From: a virus
Lineage: Duplodnaviria; Caudoviricetes
IMG/VR virus record: IMGVR_UViG_3300009566_000068
Location: 1 to 53,296 of that record
Length of the DNA: 53,296 nt
Direction: 5' to 3' (one strand)
Part shown: one piece after another, positions 1 to 10,800 of the stretch
How positions within the stretch are numbered: the stretch's first letter is position 1
Layout of the letters: every line of letters starts with the position of its first letter
Notes under the pieces: generated by a model
Seen by the model: only the letters and a program-made list of their open reading frames with translations
Database searches by the model: none
What the model was told of the DNA's origin: nothing
Position numbers and translations under genes: made by a program

Positions 1-435
1 ATGGAAAAGGCCGATAACCATAGCAAAGAGATCGAGTTCCGTGAATTAGGTGTGAGAGCAGATATTTATGGTCCTACTTTGCAGAGGGTCTATTATGTCC
101 GGGAAAACGGCAGATCCAAGGTATGGGAGAGCTTTCAGGCTCTTGAAAGAGATGAAAAAGCCCAGGTCGTCGATTTGATCTCTAGAATGGCAACCGTTCT
201 GAACTTTAATTCACTCAAGATTAATTACCATCTAAAAGGCTACGGCTACGGCGAGCTGAAACCAAAACCACACAGGTTCTTCTTCTTTCAAAAATTTGGA
301 GCCAACCTCGTTTTTTTCGGATACGAGAATAAGAAAGTCAATTCATTTAAAGATGCTATATACAAAGAATGGGAAAAGAAAAAGGTGATTTATGAGCGAG
401 AATTCGAAGAGTTCCTCCGTAGAAGAGATGGATGA
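1..435 (+). CDS. RelE/HigB-like toxin of a putative TAC operon (5' end may lie outside the window)
   Basis: Small basic ORF with RelE/Gp49-like 'GELKPKPHRFFFF...LVFFGYENK' segment; overlaps the downstream HTH gene. Confidence 0.65.
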   Translation: MEKADNHSKEIEFRELGVRADIYGPTLQRVYYVRENGRSKVWESFQALERDEKAQVVDLISRMATVLNFNSLKINYHLKGYGYGELKPKPHRFFFFQKFGANLVFFGYENKKVNSFKDAIYKEWEKKKVIYEREFEEFLRRRDG

Positions 436-874
436 TTTTCTCAGTGGTCCGCCTTCCGCAAAGCAAAAGGCATGGGGAATTATCCATGAGTTCTACCACT
501 TGCTTTTAACCCATATGGAAAAACAGAAAATTTCGAGAGCGGATCTAGCAAGAAAGCTCAACAGATCCCGCTCCGCAGTTTCGCAGCTCCTTAACAAGAC
601 TCCAAATTTTACCGTGGAGAAGATGGTCGAATTGGCCGATGCAGTCGGGTTGGATCTTTGTCTTGTAACACTTCAGGAAAAAGCTGAACTCAGAAGTCGT
701 CCCAAACATCATTATAATATCTATATGGCTGTGGATACCTATAAAAATAATGAATGGTGGTGGCAGGAGTTCTCGGCTAATCAGACAGTCCTTAAAATCG
801 AGAATAGAATGATGTTGAAGGGAATAGCCTGTAACGATCTTTCATATACAGCGGATATTAGCAACCTTCACTAG
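428..874 (+). CDS. HigA-like XRE HTH antitoxin with C-terminal extension (ChAD-like)
   Basis: HTH 'ISRADLARKLNRSRSAVSQLLNKTPNFTVEKMVELADAVG' plus ~60-aa aromatic-rich tail; ATG at 428 overlapping the toxin end is preferred to 392. Confidence 0.75.
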   Translation: MDDFLSGPPSAKQKAWGIIHEFYHLLLTHMEKQKISRADLARKLNRSRSAVSQLLNKTPNFTVEKMVELADAVGLDLCLVTLQEKAELRSRPKHHYNIYMAVDTYKNNEWWWQEFSANQTVLKIENRMMLKGIACNDLSYTADISNLH

Positions 875-884
875 AAAGAGACAG

Positions 885-1364
885 ATGGCAAAAAGCGTAG
901 AAAAGGAAAAACCCGAGAAGAAACCGATATTGTTCAATATTAATTCTATCAGAACTGATAGTTTCTATGAGAATAATGTACCGAATGAACAGATAAAAAA
1001 AGGGAAATGTAACATCGGATTCGGCCTGAATGTAGATTCCAAAAAGGGGAAACTGATTTTTCCCGTCAAAGTGGATTTCTTCACTGAGGACGATGTTTCT
1101 ATATTTGGTATAGAGACGATTCACGCCTTTAAGATCAAAGATTTTGAGAGTCATATTAAAAAAGATGAAGATGGGGAATACAATATTCCTAACGGTTTAA
1201 TTGAACGTCTATTAGGACTTGCGATAAGCGGGACAAGGGGCATGCTGGTTGTATCTGTTACTCTTCCCGAGTACAAAAAGATTTTCTTGCCTCTAGTCGA
1301 TATATCAAAACTCCTGATATTGATGAAAGATGATCCGGAGTTCGCAAAAGAAGCAAATGAGTAA
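885..1364 (+). CDS. SecB-like chaperone
   Basis: 159 aa, beta-strand pattern followed by helix 'LLGLAISGTRGML' and 'LPLVD', as in SecB-like proteins; third gene after a TA pair. Confidence 0.6.
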   Translation: MAKSVEKEKPEKKPILFNINSIRTDSFYENNVPNEQIKKGKCNIGFGLNVDSKKGKLIFPVKVDFFTEDDVSIFGIETIHAFKIKDFESHIKKDEDGEYNIPNGLIERLLGLAISGTRGMLVVSVTLPEYKKIFLPLVDISKLLILMKDDPEFAKEANE

Positions 1365-1438
1365 AAGAGAAAAATGGATTTGGGATCACTGGATTGCAGC
1401 GACAACTGACTGCAATTTATTAAATAATTTGCTCATCA

Positions 1439-1464
1439 CGGATTCCAATCCCGCGTTCGAATCG
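1439..1464 (+). repeat. Degenerate tRNA-Arg fragment, candidate left att site
   Basis: TCCCGCGTTCGAATCG at 1449-1464 is identical to 47015-47030; preceding CGGATTCCAATCC resembles the anticodon arm. Confidence 0.6.
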
Positions 1465-2309
1465 TGACTCCACAGTGGATTTTGAACTTAATCCTTTTCG
1501 TTGCAGCAAGCGCATTAAGCGTTGCATTGTTTAAATTCAGTCAAAAACAGTCAATTCAAGCCACTTGGTTCGTGTTCGCCTCTATTGTACTTGTTTCATT
1601 ATTTGTAACATTGAATGTACAAGATTGGATAAAACGACAAAATGATATTCGAAATCCCCCAAAACAAAACACAGAAGCTTTCGATTCTGCAAAGCAGCAG
1701 TCCGAGAGTGCATTAGAAACCAAATCACAGCAGGATCAAAACACCGCAAAAAATTTTCCCGATCTTAGTAAAGCGACACAAACTCTACTTAACTCTACGA
1801 ATCAATTTGAACCCATATCCAATACAGAAATAAAGGATGTAAGTACAATCGTAAAAGGATTTTTTGAAATTTTGGCTGGCCCTGCTCCCGATCAAGTTTA
1901 CTCTTATCCTCAAGTAAATACTAAAAATACCTTCAGTACACATGTATATGCTTCAATAAGGATGGCAGGCATGGAAAATATCCATACCATAGATTTCATG
2001 TGTAGGGATGCATGGGTTGTCATTATTCCAACATGGAATAAGTACATGATCTATGAAAGTGAACAATCACAGACGATTTGGAGAGATATTCCTGTAAAAA
2101 TAGACCCCATTCTTAATACTGTTGGTATTTACCAGAATGGTAGGAAGATTGATGTTTTTATAAACAATCAATATGTTGATAGTTTTACAAAAATTATCTC
2201 GCCCAAACCAGGTCCATTAACCATAGCTGCGAAAGCATCCAAAGATAAGGGAGGAAAAATGTTCTTTAGAGATCTCTCGGTGTGGGAATTTAAAAATGAA
2301 AAAAGATGA
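1464..2309 (+). CDS. Membrane-anchored hypothetical protein (moron)
   Basis: Two N-terminal hydrophobic helices, beta-rich C-terminal domain; AT-rich and opposite strand to phage late genes. Confidence 0.6.
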   Translation: MTPQWILNLILFVAASALSVALFKFSQKQSIQATWFVFASIVLVSLFVTLNVQDWIKRQNDIRNPPKQNTEAFDSAKQQSESALETKSQQDQNTAKNFPDLSKATQTLLNSTNQFEPISNTEIKDVSTIVKGFFEILAGPAPDQVYSYPQVNTKNTFSTHVYASIRMAGMENIHTIDFMCRDAWVVIIPTWNKYMIYESEQSQTIWRDIPVKIDPILNTVGIYQNGRKIDVFINNQYVDSFTKIISPKPGPLTIAAKASKDKGGKMFFRDLSVWEFKNEKR

Positions 2310-2334
2310 TTTCATTTCACAATGTACATCCAAC

Positions 2335-3054
2335 CTAATCTATAGCGGAAAAATCCATCTCAATCGAATACGTAACGGTTAATTGTGCGCCATTGGCGAC
2401 GGCGACCGCCGGCGAAAGAACCGACCTCTCAATTAAAAATTTACCGCCATTCCCATACAGGACACCTTCATACATAAGGCCGGTTTCGGCAACTGTGATT
2501 GACTCGCCGGAGTTATTATTGAATATCCTGGAAATCACACTCGCCCAGGTTTTTGTCCCTGCCGTATAAGCGATCGCTGAGGCCACCATCGCCTGGTAAG
2601 ACATCTTGCCGCTCGTAATTCCATGCAATATTTTTGTTGCCAATATATAATCGTTCGCGTTGAAAGCCGTCGACCCGGTTCCGATCTGGATACCGAAAGA
2701 ATCGTCTCCGGCAAGATTATTGATATAGTTATGACCTACAGCGTAACCACCGCCGAACACGGTCCGGCCAGCATAACTCGAAATCGTCGCGAGACTATCT
2801 CTTGAAGTAATATAGCCCGCACCGAAATTTATAGAGTCCTCGGTATTGGTATATGCTCCGGCCCCATACCCAAACATCATGTTGTAATAATTGCGGTTCC
2901 AGGAGTGACCTCTCTGGATATCGTCGAAAACCAAAACCCCGTCGCGATCGTGGACATGCAGACCGATAAAGATTTCGGGCGGGGATGGGACTCCTAACTC
3001 CCGACACTTATCCTTCAACTCTCGAATTTTCTTTTCCTCTGCTGAATTGAGCAT
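2335..3054 (-). CDS. Putative virion/tail-associated structural protein
   Basis: Last gene of tail operon; G/S/T-rich, with 'IQIGTGSTA' and 'VAETGL' motifs; RBS GGAG. Confidence 0.55.
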   Translation of the reverse strand: MLNSAEEKKIRELKDKCRELGVPSPPEIFIGLHVHDRDGVLVFDDIQRGHSWNRNYYNMMFGYGAGAYTNTEDSINFGAGYITSRDSLATISSYAGRTVFGGGYAVGHNYINNLAGDDSFGIQIGTGSTAFNANDYILATKILHGITSGKMSYQAMVASAIAYTAGTKTWASVISRIFNNNSGESITVAETGLMYEGVLYGNGGKFLIERSVLSPAVAVANGAQLTVTYSIEMDFSAID

Positions 3055-3067
3055 TTTAATCTCCTGT

Positions 3068-4240
3068 TTAAAAGGCGTATTTTGCCTTGTAATATGCCGT
3101 CAAGTCCGCAATGTTAAGCGCGGTTAAAACCGTACTGTAAACATCGATATTAGTTACATAACCAGCCCAAAATCTGCCTCCGTATCCTCGATCATTTCCA
3201 AGCTTAATTGCCACGTTTGTCCCAGCCGTCGACGTTATGATGAAGACGTGCCAGGCATTTGTAACCGCGGCGGACGTATAAGCTCCGTCTTTATAAATCT
3301 TTGCCCCGCCTACATCACTCGGATAAAAATCGGCCGTTCCCGCATTTCCAATTAGCCATATATTTGCCCCGGTTATTAATCCGTTATAATTTGCGAAAGT
3401 CGCCCCGGTATATTTTGCGACGACGCATATAGACTTAACTCCCGAAATCGAAACGGAATCCATAACGTCGTTACTTCCATCAAACAGTAAGGCCGGATAG
3501 CCGTTTAAAATACCCGTTTTATAAAGGGGCCGGGCCGTCCCCGCGCCGGTGAAGTCTTTTCCGTTCCCCGATATGTCCGTCCAGGTCGTTGCGGGATCCG
3601 CGTCGTTTAAGCCGGCAATGTCGGTAACCGAATATCGGGCAAGTAGACCGGGAACCATAGACGGCATAAAAAGAGGTTTCCCCGCCTCAAGCGAAACGCC
3701 GACGGTCCGCAATCGGTTTCGGCGCATTACTAAAAAGCTCGGGTTGTTGTCCGCTAAAACTCTTATTCCCTTTGATATTGATTTATTACAAAACCTATCC
3801 CGGCGCGGGGATGCAAGATAATTAGCCGGGGCGGGCGGTACGTTAAGGGTAAAGGTATCCGTCGAGGACGCCGAGGTCGTTTGGCCGCTGAATAGTTCGA
3901 TGTAGGTCGAATTATCCTGGGACCCGTAAACCTTAAAGGCTTTCATGTTCCTGTTGTATCCGTATAAGGGAATAGCGACCAAGGTCCTTATGTTAGAGCT
4001 GACGCCTAAATCGACTATCCAATTATTCGGACAGTCCGCGACCGAGAACTGCCAATAGCTACCGGGATTTGAGTCCGAACAGGCGCTTGCGTTGCCGTTT
4101 ACGGTATGGTCGGCCCAATGAGCCATGGCCGACGTATTAATCATATCGCCGGCATCATCTTTTAGCTGTAATTCACCCATGGCACACAAGGACGCATCCC
4201 AACCGGAAGTTATTTCGATTTTAAAATAGCGATAGCCCAT
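3068..4240 (-). CDS. Putative receptor-binding tail protein (discoidin/F5-8-like plus LamG-like domains)
   Basis: 'YRYFKIEIT', 'WIVDLG', 'FKVYGSQDN' discoidin-like motifs; 'TWTDISGNG..P.Y..GILNGYPALLFDG' LamG-like motifs. Confidence 0.6.
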   Translation of the reverse strand: MGYRYFKIEITSGWDASLCAMGELQLKDDAGDMINTSAMAHWADHTVNGNASACSDSNPGSYWQFSVADCPNNWIVDLGVSSNIRTLVAIPLYGYNRNMKAFKVYGSQDNSTYIELFSGQTTSASSTDTFTLNVPPAPANYLASPRRDRFCNKSISKGIRVLADNNPSFLVMRRNRLRTVGVSLEAGKPLFMPSMVPGLLARYSVTDIAGLNDADPATTWTDISGNGKDFTGAGTARPLYKTGILNGYPALLFDGSNDVMDSVSISGVKSICVVAKYTGATFANYNGLITGANIWLIGNAGTADFYPSDVGGAKIYKDGAYTSAAVTNAWHVFIITSTAGTNVAIKLGNDRGYGGRFWAGYVTNIDVYSTVLTALNIADLTAYYKAKYAF

Positions 4241-4241
4241 A

Positions 4242-4601
4242 TTAATCTGTTATCGAATTGACAAACCCGTTAAGCGTTATAACATTGGCAGTTGCAGCAA
4301 ATGCCTTAACAACTTTTTCGTTTTGCAGGATAAACCCAGGGACGATAGGGATTAAGCCCGATTTAGCTGGGAGAGTGACTACTATATTTTGATCCGGGAC
4401 AGCCGCACCCCCGAATTCAATCGTTAAAACAACGTCCGCGGTATGACCGTTATAACCCCATAACCATATTTCATCGAAGGTGCCTGGCGTCGTACCCGCG
4501 ACCGCGGTATGGATTGTATCGCCGGCCGTTTCCGTTCGCGTTATCTTGATCGGCAATCCGTCTGTACTTCCGCTTAATTTCCTTTTAACCGCCGTTGCCA
4601 T
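4242..4601 (-). CDS. Phage tail-associated protein
   Basis: Coupled within the tail operon; beta-rich 119 aa. Confidence 0.55.
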   Translation of the reverse strand: MATAVKRKLSGSTDGLPIKITRTETAGDTIHTAVAGTTPGTFDEIWLWGYNGHTADVVLTIEFGGAAVPDQNIVVTLPAKSGLIPIVPGFILQNEKVVKAFAATANVITLNGFVNSITD

Positions 4602-4612
4602 TATTGCCCCCT

Positions 4613-5335
4613 TTAGGAAAATACTTGCATGACTAAGAAATCGCCCCCGCCGCCTCCAGATCCGCCCGCAATCGTCACCTTGGTTGCTCCGTTTCCTTCA
4701 TCATCTGTCACCGTGACACCCGCACCCACGAAATTCAGGGCTGCCCGCGCCGTCAGGTTGGAGCCCTCGTCCTGGATGGTATGACCGCCGCTGGCCGACT
4801 CTTCCCATGTATAAGTACCCGCCGCCGCGCCCGCGGTGAGGACCTTTCCGCTGTTTGTCGTCCCGTTTGCCGGAACGTGCAAATTTCCGTCGCCGGTCGG
4901 GTGCGCATAATTATTGTAAAGGGTGTCAAAATAAGTTTTCAGGGCCGCCTTGATATTTGACCAGGTGACCTTTTTTAAAATGGTTCCGACGATCTTATAA
5001 AAAGGGATCTCGTCGGCATCGAGGGGCGTCTCAGCTCCGGTCCCTGTAATGATCGAAGCTATGACGCTTGCGGAAATACTCGCCCCCTGCAGCAACCATC
5101 GGCCAGGATCACCCACGGCGACGTCGTCGGGCTTGATAACATCGGGCGATGATTCAGCCGCGACCGACGCAGCATCGTACAGATAAGCGGAAAGGGCTCC
5201 GGCTACCATCGCCAGAGCGGCGTCTTTGTCCTGGAGAGGATCACCGTCGCCGCGATCGGCACCGCTGATGTTGTCCAGGGAGTCCGCACCGCCCCCGGTC
5301 AACGCTGTCACATGAGCAATCATTCTATCGGCCAT
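4613..5335 (-). CDS. Tail fibre-like protein
   Basis: G/A/T-rich, fibre-type segments 'YAHPTGDGNLHVPANG' and 'AALNFVGAGVTVTD'. Confidence 0.6.
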   Translation of the reverse strand: MADRMIAHVTALTGGGADSLDNISGADRGDGDPLQDKDAALAMVAGALSAYLYDAASVAAESSPDVIKPDDVAVGDPGRWLLQGASISASVIASIITGTGAETPLDADEIPFYKIVGTILKKVTWSNIKAALKTYFDTLYNNYAHPTGDGNLHVPANGTTNSGKVLTAGAAAGTYTWEESASGGHTIQDEGSNLTARAALNFVGAGVTVTDDEGNGATKVTIAGGSGGGGGDFLVMQVFS

Positions 5336-5337
5336 GG

Positions 5338-6741
5338 TTAAACCTTTCCTAAAACTTTGTGGATTCCAGATCCGCTCGTAGTCGTATCGATCGTCGAGCC
5401 TCCCGGAGTCAAGGAAGCATTAAACGAATCTCCGGCATTTTTAACGTAATAATGAGTGCCGGCAACAAATGGTAAAGGCAAAACGCCTGTGGTCTGAAAC
5501 AGGATCTCCTGGCCCTCGCTAAAACCATTGCCCGCGCAAGCGATCACAGCCGGGGCAGCGTTGGAGATGGTACAAATCCCGTCGGCCCCGCCCAATTCGA
5601 AAAGGGTCGTTGCTATTGCCGCGGTAGGGACCGCGAGGACTATCAGGGAGAGGCCTTTTGCTGCCGGTGTCTCCTCTATTTTCGACGCGGAGAGAGTAAA
5701 GCTCGGCAGAGCCAAAACATTTATATGGTGCAGACCGTCCCAGGGAGGAACCCATTCGTCGGGGATAGGGGTCGCGTGGACATAATCGGCCCCAAGTCCC
5801 TCAATTGAAACCGATCCTTCGGCATTAATGTTATTAGTAATGCCCATCTGCAAATTGTTGTAAAAGCCGTAAGCGATGGTCGTCGAATATGAGTCATCGA
5901 TGATCCAGACAAGCGGCGTTGCCCGGTATTTTTCCAGGACCCGCAGGACCGCTGCATGGGTCGCGGCAGGCATGGAAAAGGAAGTACTGATCCGTTTGCT
6001 GAAAGCCCGCTCCACAATGGTGAAATTTCCGAACTCGTCAGCCACCTTGATCGAATAATCGATAATCGAGACTTCAACGCCATACTTGGCCGTCCCGATT
6101 GTCTTGAGACTCCCGATGATGATCTCGCCGCAATAACACTCATTCGCATTACGGATGATTATCTGGATGCTTGCGTTCGGATAGTTCGGCAAATCCGAAT
6201 AAATAAGATTCTCGCCGATAGTTATAGCGGGCGTTTCTGTCTCATTGTAGACCTCGCCCGCCACAGGGTCCGTCATTATGACCGTGACCGAATCGGCGTC
6301 CACGTTCATCAGGGAAACCGTATCGATCTTTTTCCCGGGTTTGATAAGCGCCGTAATTGAACTATATCCCGTCGAGCGCCAGCCCTTGCCAGGCTGCCAA
6401 CTGCACCCATTCCCCCAGGTGATTCCAGGGGTGTTTTTCCCGGCATAGGCTCGCTCCGGAGAGACAATGAGATCAAAGAGCTTCCAGCGATTCGTCGCCG
6501 ACACTTTCATCCAATATATGACAGAGCCTTCCAGGTAATCGGGCGGGAACTTGTTAAGGCAGTCCGGAGTATGCCATGTGCATTGATAAATTACGTGATA
6601 GCCGCCGGAGTTGACCGAAACGCGCTGACCCGTAACATAATTGACCAGGGGATCCCATTCGGGCGCAGTCGCCTCGGATGCGGGCAAATCGCAGAACAGG
6701 AGCCTCGCGTCCGTTGTCAATATCGGGTCGATTATCTCCAT
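5338..6741 (-). CDS. Distal tail/tip protein (paralogue of 6741-7865)
   Basis: Follows tape measure; contains 'SIIDYSIK..DEFGN.T..ERA.SKR' block shared with the neighbouring gene. Confidence 0.65.
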   Translation of the reverse strand: MEIIDPILTTDARLLFCDLPASEATAPEWDPLVNYVTGQRVSVNSGGYHVIYQCTWHTPDCLNKFPPDYLEGSVIYWMKVSATNRWKLFDLIVSPERAYAGKNTPGITWGNGCSWQPGKGWRSTGYSSITALIKPGKKIDTVSLMNVDADSVTVIMTDPVAGEVYNETETPAITIGENLIYSDLPNYPNASIQIIIRNANECYCGEIIIGSLKTIGTAKYGVEVSIIDYSIKVADEFGNFTIVERAFSKRISTSFSMPAATHAAVLRVLEKYRATPLVWIIDDSYSTTIAYGFYNNLQMGITNNINAEGSVSIEGLGADYVHATPIPDEWVPPWDGLHHINVLALPSFTLSASKIEETPAAKGLSLIVLAVPTAAIATTLFELGGADGICTISNAAPAVIACAGNGFSEGQEILFQTTGVLPLPFVAGTHYYVKNAGDSFNASLTPGGSTIDTTTSGSGIHKVLGKV

Positions 6742-7865
6742 TAGACGAGCCCTTCGACCTCAAGCGTGCAGATGCTGTAAGTGGGGTAAGCGATAGTGAG
6801 GCTGAAATCCACATAAAACCCGTACACGATCATACTGGAATATTCTTCCGAGCCAATCCATACGGCAGGACGGGCACGGTAGCTTGCCGCCTTGTTAAAC
6901 GTCGCATCAAAGAGTGAGTTTGGAACGCGAGTTTCGCACTCCAGACGCTTGCTGTACGCCCTTTCCAGAACCGTGTAATTTCCAAATTCGTCAACCTGCT
7001 TAATGGAATAATCGATTATCGAAATTGTTGGATTAGATCTCGTTGTACCGATTGCCTCTTTGACGCCGACGACGATCTCGCCAATCTTTGCGGGGTCCTC
7101 GATGTTCGTGACCTCGATCAATATGTGAGGGTTCAAATAGGTCAAGGGAAAATCGGTTTTCACCACATCCGTCACATAAAGGTCGTCAGCGTATACAGTC
7201 GGGCTCCAGATTACCGGCGCCCCGATCCCGCCAACATCCGTCATCGTAACGGTAATGCTCGTCGCCTCGATATTCAACAACGCCATCGAATCAATGGGAC
7301 CAGGATCAAGCTCCCAGGAAATGGTCTGTCCGACCTGGAGGGCCTGGGCCTGGGAGCCGACGGTTGCGTCAAAAACCATCCAACGCTCCGTCGAACCCCA
7401 AGCCTTCCACCTGGTCTCATTGCCCGCTGCTCCCGGCGTATATCCGACGTTGCCGTTTAGCAGGGACTTATACATTTTATGATTCGGGAGATAGCTGACG
7501 ATCGCGTTTATAGAGTACGTCGTCCCGACTACCCATTCCCCGCGATAATTGCCGTCAACCCACGTCGCCGTAATGGAGCCGTCTCCGCTTTGCGTTGCGA
7601 CAGTCGGGGCAGACTGATAGTACTCCCCGCCATAAGTCAAATCGACCGCGGTGATTACGTTATCAGAAATCGTATAGGTCCCGGTCGCTTCGTGAGTCGC
7701 AGAGCCGCCGGCGAATACCAGAGGGTAAGTCCCATCGGACTCGACACAGGAACTGTCAGCAATAGTTAGGGCCGTGATTCCGTTCGCCTCGCGCGAGCTC
7801 GGTTCAGGGATGCTCGAATCATGAAACAGGGAATCCGTAATTGCAGTCGGGGGGATCATGTCCAT
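6741..7865 (-). CDS. Distal tail protein with carbohydrate-binding-like insert
   Basis: Directly after tape measure; 'WVVGTTYSINAIVSY..MYKSL..NVGYTPG' CBM-like segment. Confidence 0.65.
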   Translation of the reverse strand: MDMIPPTAITDSLFHDSSIPEPSSREANGITALTIADSSCVESDGTYPLVFAGGSATHEATGTYTISDNVITAVDLTYGGEYYQSAPTVATQSGDGSITATWVDGNYRGEWVVGTTYSINAIVSYLPNHKMYKSLLNGNVGYTPGAAGNETRWKAWGSTERWMVFDATVGSQAQALQVGQTISWELDPGPIDSMALLNIEATSITVTMTDVGGIGAPVIWSPTVYADDLYVTDVVKTDFPLTYLNPHILIEVTNIEDPAKIGEIVVGVKEAIGTTRSNPTISIIDYSIKQVDEFGNYTVLERAYSKRLECETRVPNSLFDATFNKAASYRARPAVWIGSEEYSSMIVYGFYVDFSLTIAYPTYSICTLEVEGLV

Positions 7866-10800
7866 CAGGTTAATGTCCTCTCAGCCGGCAAACCCTCCCC
7901 GTTCCAGCGATCGAGCAACTTCGCAGTTTTGGCCGCCGACTTCGCGATCGCATAATCGCCCGCTCTCAAGTCAACCCGTAGCGCCTTGATCTCTGCCAAC
8001 AATTCCGAATAGTCGAGCAGAGCCTTGCTGTCTTTATTGCTGTAAATTCGACTTGCCCCCGTATATTCGAGTTCGGGACCATTTTCTCCGACGAGCCGCC
8101 AACCACCGGCAAAGTCGCCGCCGGAAGCATAACCCAACAAATAAGACATGCCCGGATCATAACCAAGCTGCCCGGGTTTCGGGGCGTGATGGATACCGTT
8201 TTCGTCCACTAACTGAAACTCGGTATTGCCGGCGATCTGATTGAGGACCTTGAGCTGCTCTTTCTGGATAATCAACTGCTGCTCATCAATCGGGACCTGA
8301 CCTCCAATAAGTCTTTCCAGCTCGGACATGCGGTTGTATGTCTGGTAGTAATTCGCCTCGTATTCCTTGCGGGTCGCAAACAGGGCCGTCGAGCTGGCCT
8401 GGGATGCGATCTCGCCGAAATCGAGATCGTCAATCATCGCATAATTGCCGAGCTTCGCTTGCTCGAGGGCGGCATTGAGCGCGAGCTGGCCGGCGGTCGA
8501 CCGCTGCTGCTCGTATTCCATGCCTTCCATGCGCATCGATTCGCGGGCATCCTTGACCTTGCCGACCCACTCCTCGACCTGGTCGTAATACTTGTCGGTC
8601 GCCTCGGCCATTTGGATTAAAGCGACATATGTTTCCTTGCCGGCGACGGTTGTCAAATCAAGGCTCTCGACCAGGTCCCGGAATTGCTCCTTGTTCCTGG
8701 GCATCGCCAAATCCATCTCCTCGAAAGTGGAGACCATGCCCTCGCGGGCATACGCGAACCTTTCCGCATTGGAATAAAAATTATCATAGTAGTAGGAAAC
8801 GGCATCGGTGAACTTGTCCAGGCCACCGGCCATTTCGATGATCGTTTCGGAAAATGCGATTACCTCTTGAGTCGTTCCGGTGAAGGCCTGGCCGGTCATT
8901 TTCAGGGCTTCCATAACGGTCGCCTTATCGGTTATCAATCTTATCGCCGTTTCCATCATCCCCTCGCCGACCTGCTGGTAAGCCTGGAGCATATCGCCGA
9001 ACAGGGTCTTAACCGCCAGATCGCCGACGCGGGAGAAATAGGCCTTCAAGGTTTTTTCGATTTGCTCGCCAGACTGATCCTTGAGGCTTAGCTCGACGTA
9101 CCCAAACGCATAATTGAGGGTTTTCTCGATATCAGTCCCCAATTCATTAGTGAGCAGGATGAGGGTGTCCGAAATATTCTTATAAACCTTTGTCAACAAC
9201 ACCGTGACATCTTCGGGTACTGCTCCGTAAGTCGTCTCCGACCAGGATCTATTGCCGTGAAACCAGCCGCCCTCTTTTAGATACTGCTGGATAACGTACC
9301 AGTTCGCCGAAACATCCGAACCCTGCTGCAGCCCGCCAACGGTGGGCGCCCGATAAGCGATGCCTGCATCGGAGGTCCAGGAGCTTGTCCTCCCGCCAAA
9401 AACGCTGCTTAAAAAGGATCCGATATTTTTCCCGAGCTGCCCGCCGAACAGCCCCTCGAGCATGGTGTGAGTCATTGCCGTGAAAGGGTCACCCGAAAAC
9501 GCCCCGATCCCGAATGACCCCAGGCTCCCGGCAGACGATGTCCAGGAGGGCCGCGAGTTGGTCAGTATTGTTGCAAAAATCCCGGAATCGAACGAGCCAC
9601 CCCCCAGCACAAGGGCGCGGACCAGGCCGGTTATGTTATCGTTAAGACCTTTCACAGCATCGTGAATCCCGCGCAGCTCGTGGTATTGCAGATTGTATGT
9701 GTCGTCGAGGATCTTGAGCGTTCTATCGACGGACTGCGATTCGGTCCCGCGCTCTGCCCCCAAAACAGTCGATTCCGACTTCACAGGCTGAACGTCAGCA
9801 CCGCCACCCCCCAGGTGCATCGACATCCCGGCAGAGGCAAACACGGCCCCAAGAGCGGCTGCGACCGCCGCGATCCTGGCGACCGCGGTATAGGGATCTC
9901 CGGAAGCTGCGGCATTGGCACAGGCCTCGACAGCCTTGACGACGGCCAATGCGAAAGCCGCGATTTTCTCCGCAAGCAAAAACCCCATCGCGACATCATG
10001 CAGGCGCTTTCGCTCGGATGAGTCCTTATCGTACATCTGCGAGAGCCCCTCAAAAAGCTGCGCGTATCCCGACATCGTATTCTGAATAAGCGCGAGTTTC
10101 CGAGCTTGCTCATCGGCAATCGCCGCATTTGTTTCCTGGAGTGCCAGTTGGTTCGCCGCCTTTTGATCTCCTGTCAGCTTCCCCTCCGCCTTGCGACGCT
10201 CCTCGATCGCTCTGAGGCGTATCGCCAGCGACTTCTTTTCAAACCCACCGATCTGGCTGTAATAATCAGCCTGAGAATCGAGCCGCTTGGCGGTTTCCTC
10301 CTGGATCTTCGCCGTGATCCATTCCTCTTTATTGAACCGATCACCGAGCTGGATCTTCAAAAGATCGGCCTGAGATCGAATCGCATCCTCTGTCGCCTTT
10401 GAATATTCGCTCGAGTAGGGCCCCTTTGTCGCCCCGGTCACTTCCTGCATCGCCCGCGCTTTTGAGAGGGCAATATTTGCGGCGATTGTCGCGATCTCAT
10501 TCGCCTCTGCCTTGGCGATCATGATCCTCTCGGCGGAGGCTTCCTGTGCGTCGATGATCCCCAATCTTTCAGCCGCGGTTACTACCGACCGGATCGTATC
10601 GTATTTCTGGCGGGTCGCGTCCTCCTCGGCCTTCTGGTATTCCTTGGAATATTGATCAATCTGTTTAAAAAGGTTGATATTCGTATCGCGGATATAATTA
10701 GATACCTCGGCGGTTGTCTCGGCTCGCTTGTTTTCGTTCTTGTTCCACTCTTTGGAATATTCCTCCCAAGCCTTTTCGTATTGCGCATCTTTTAAACTGC

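Noticed and set aside
2335-5335. Diversity-generating retroelement or invertible tail-fibre cassette
   Set aside because: No reverse transcriptase or invertase, and no TR/VR pair seen; differences between the twin cassettes are not adenine-specific
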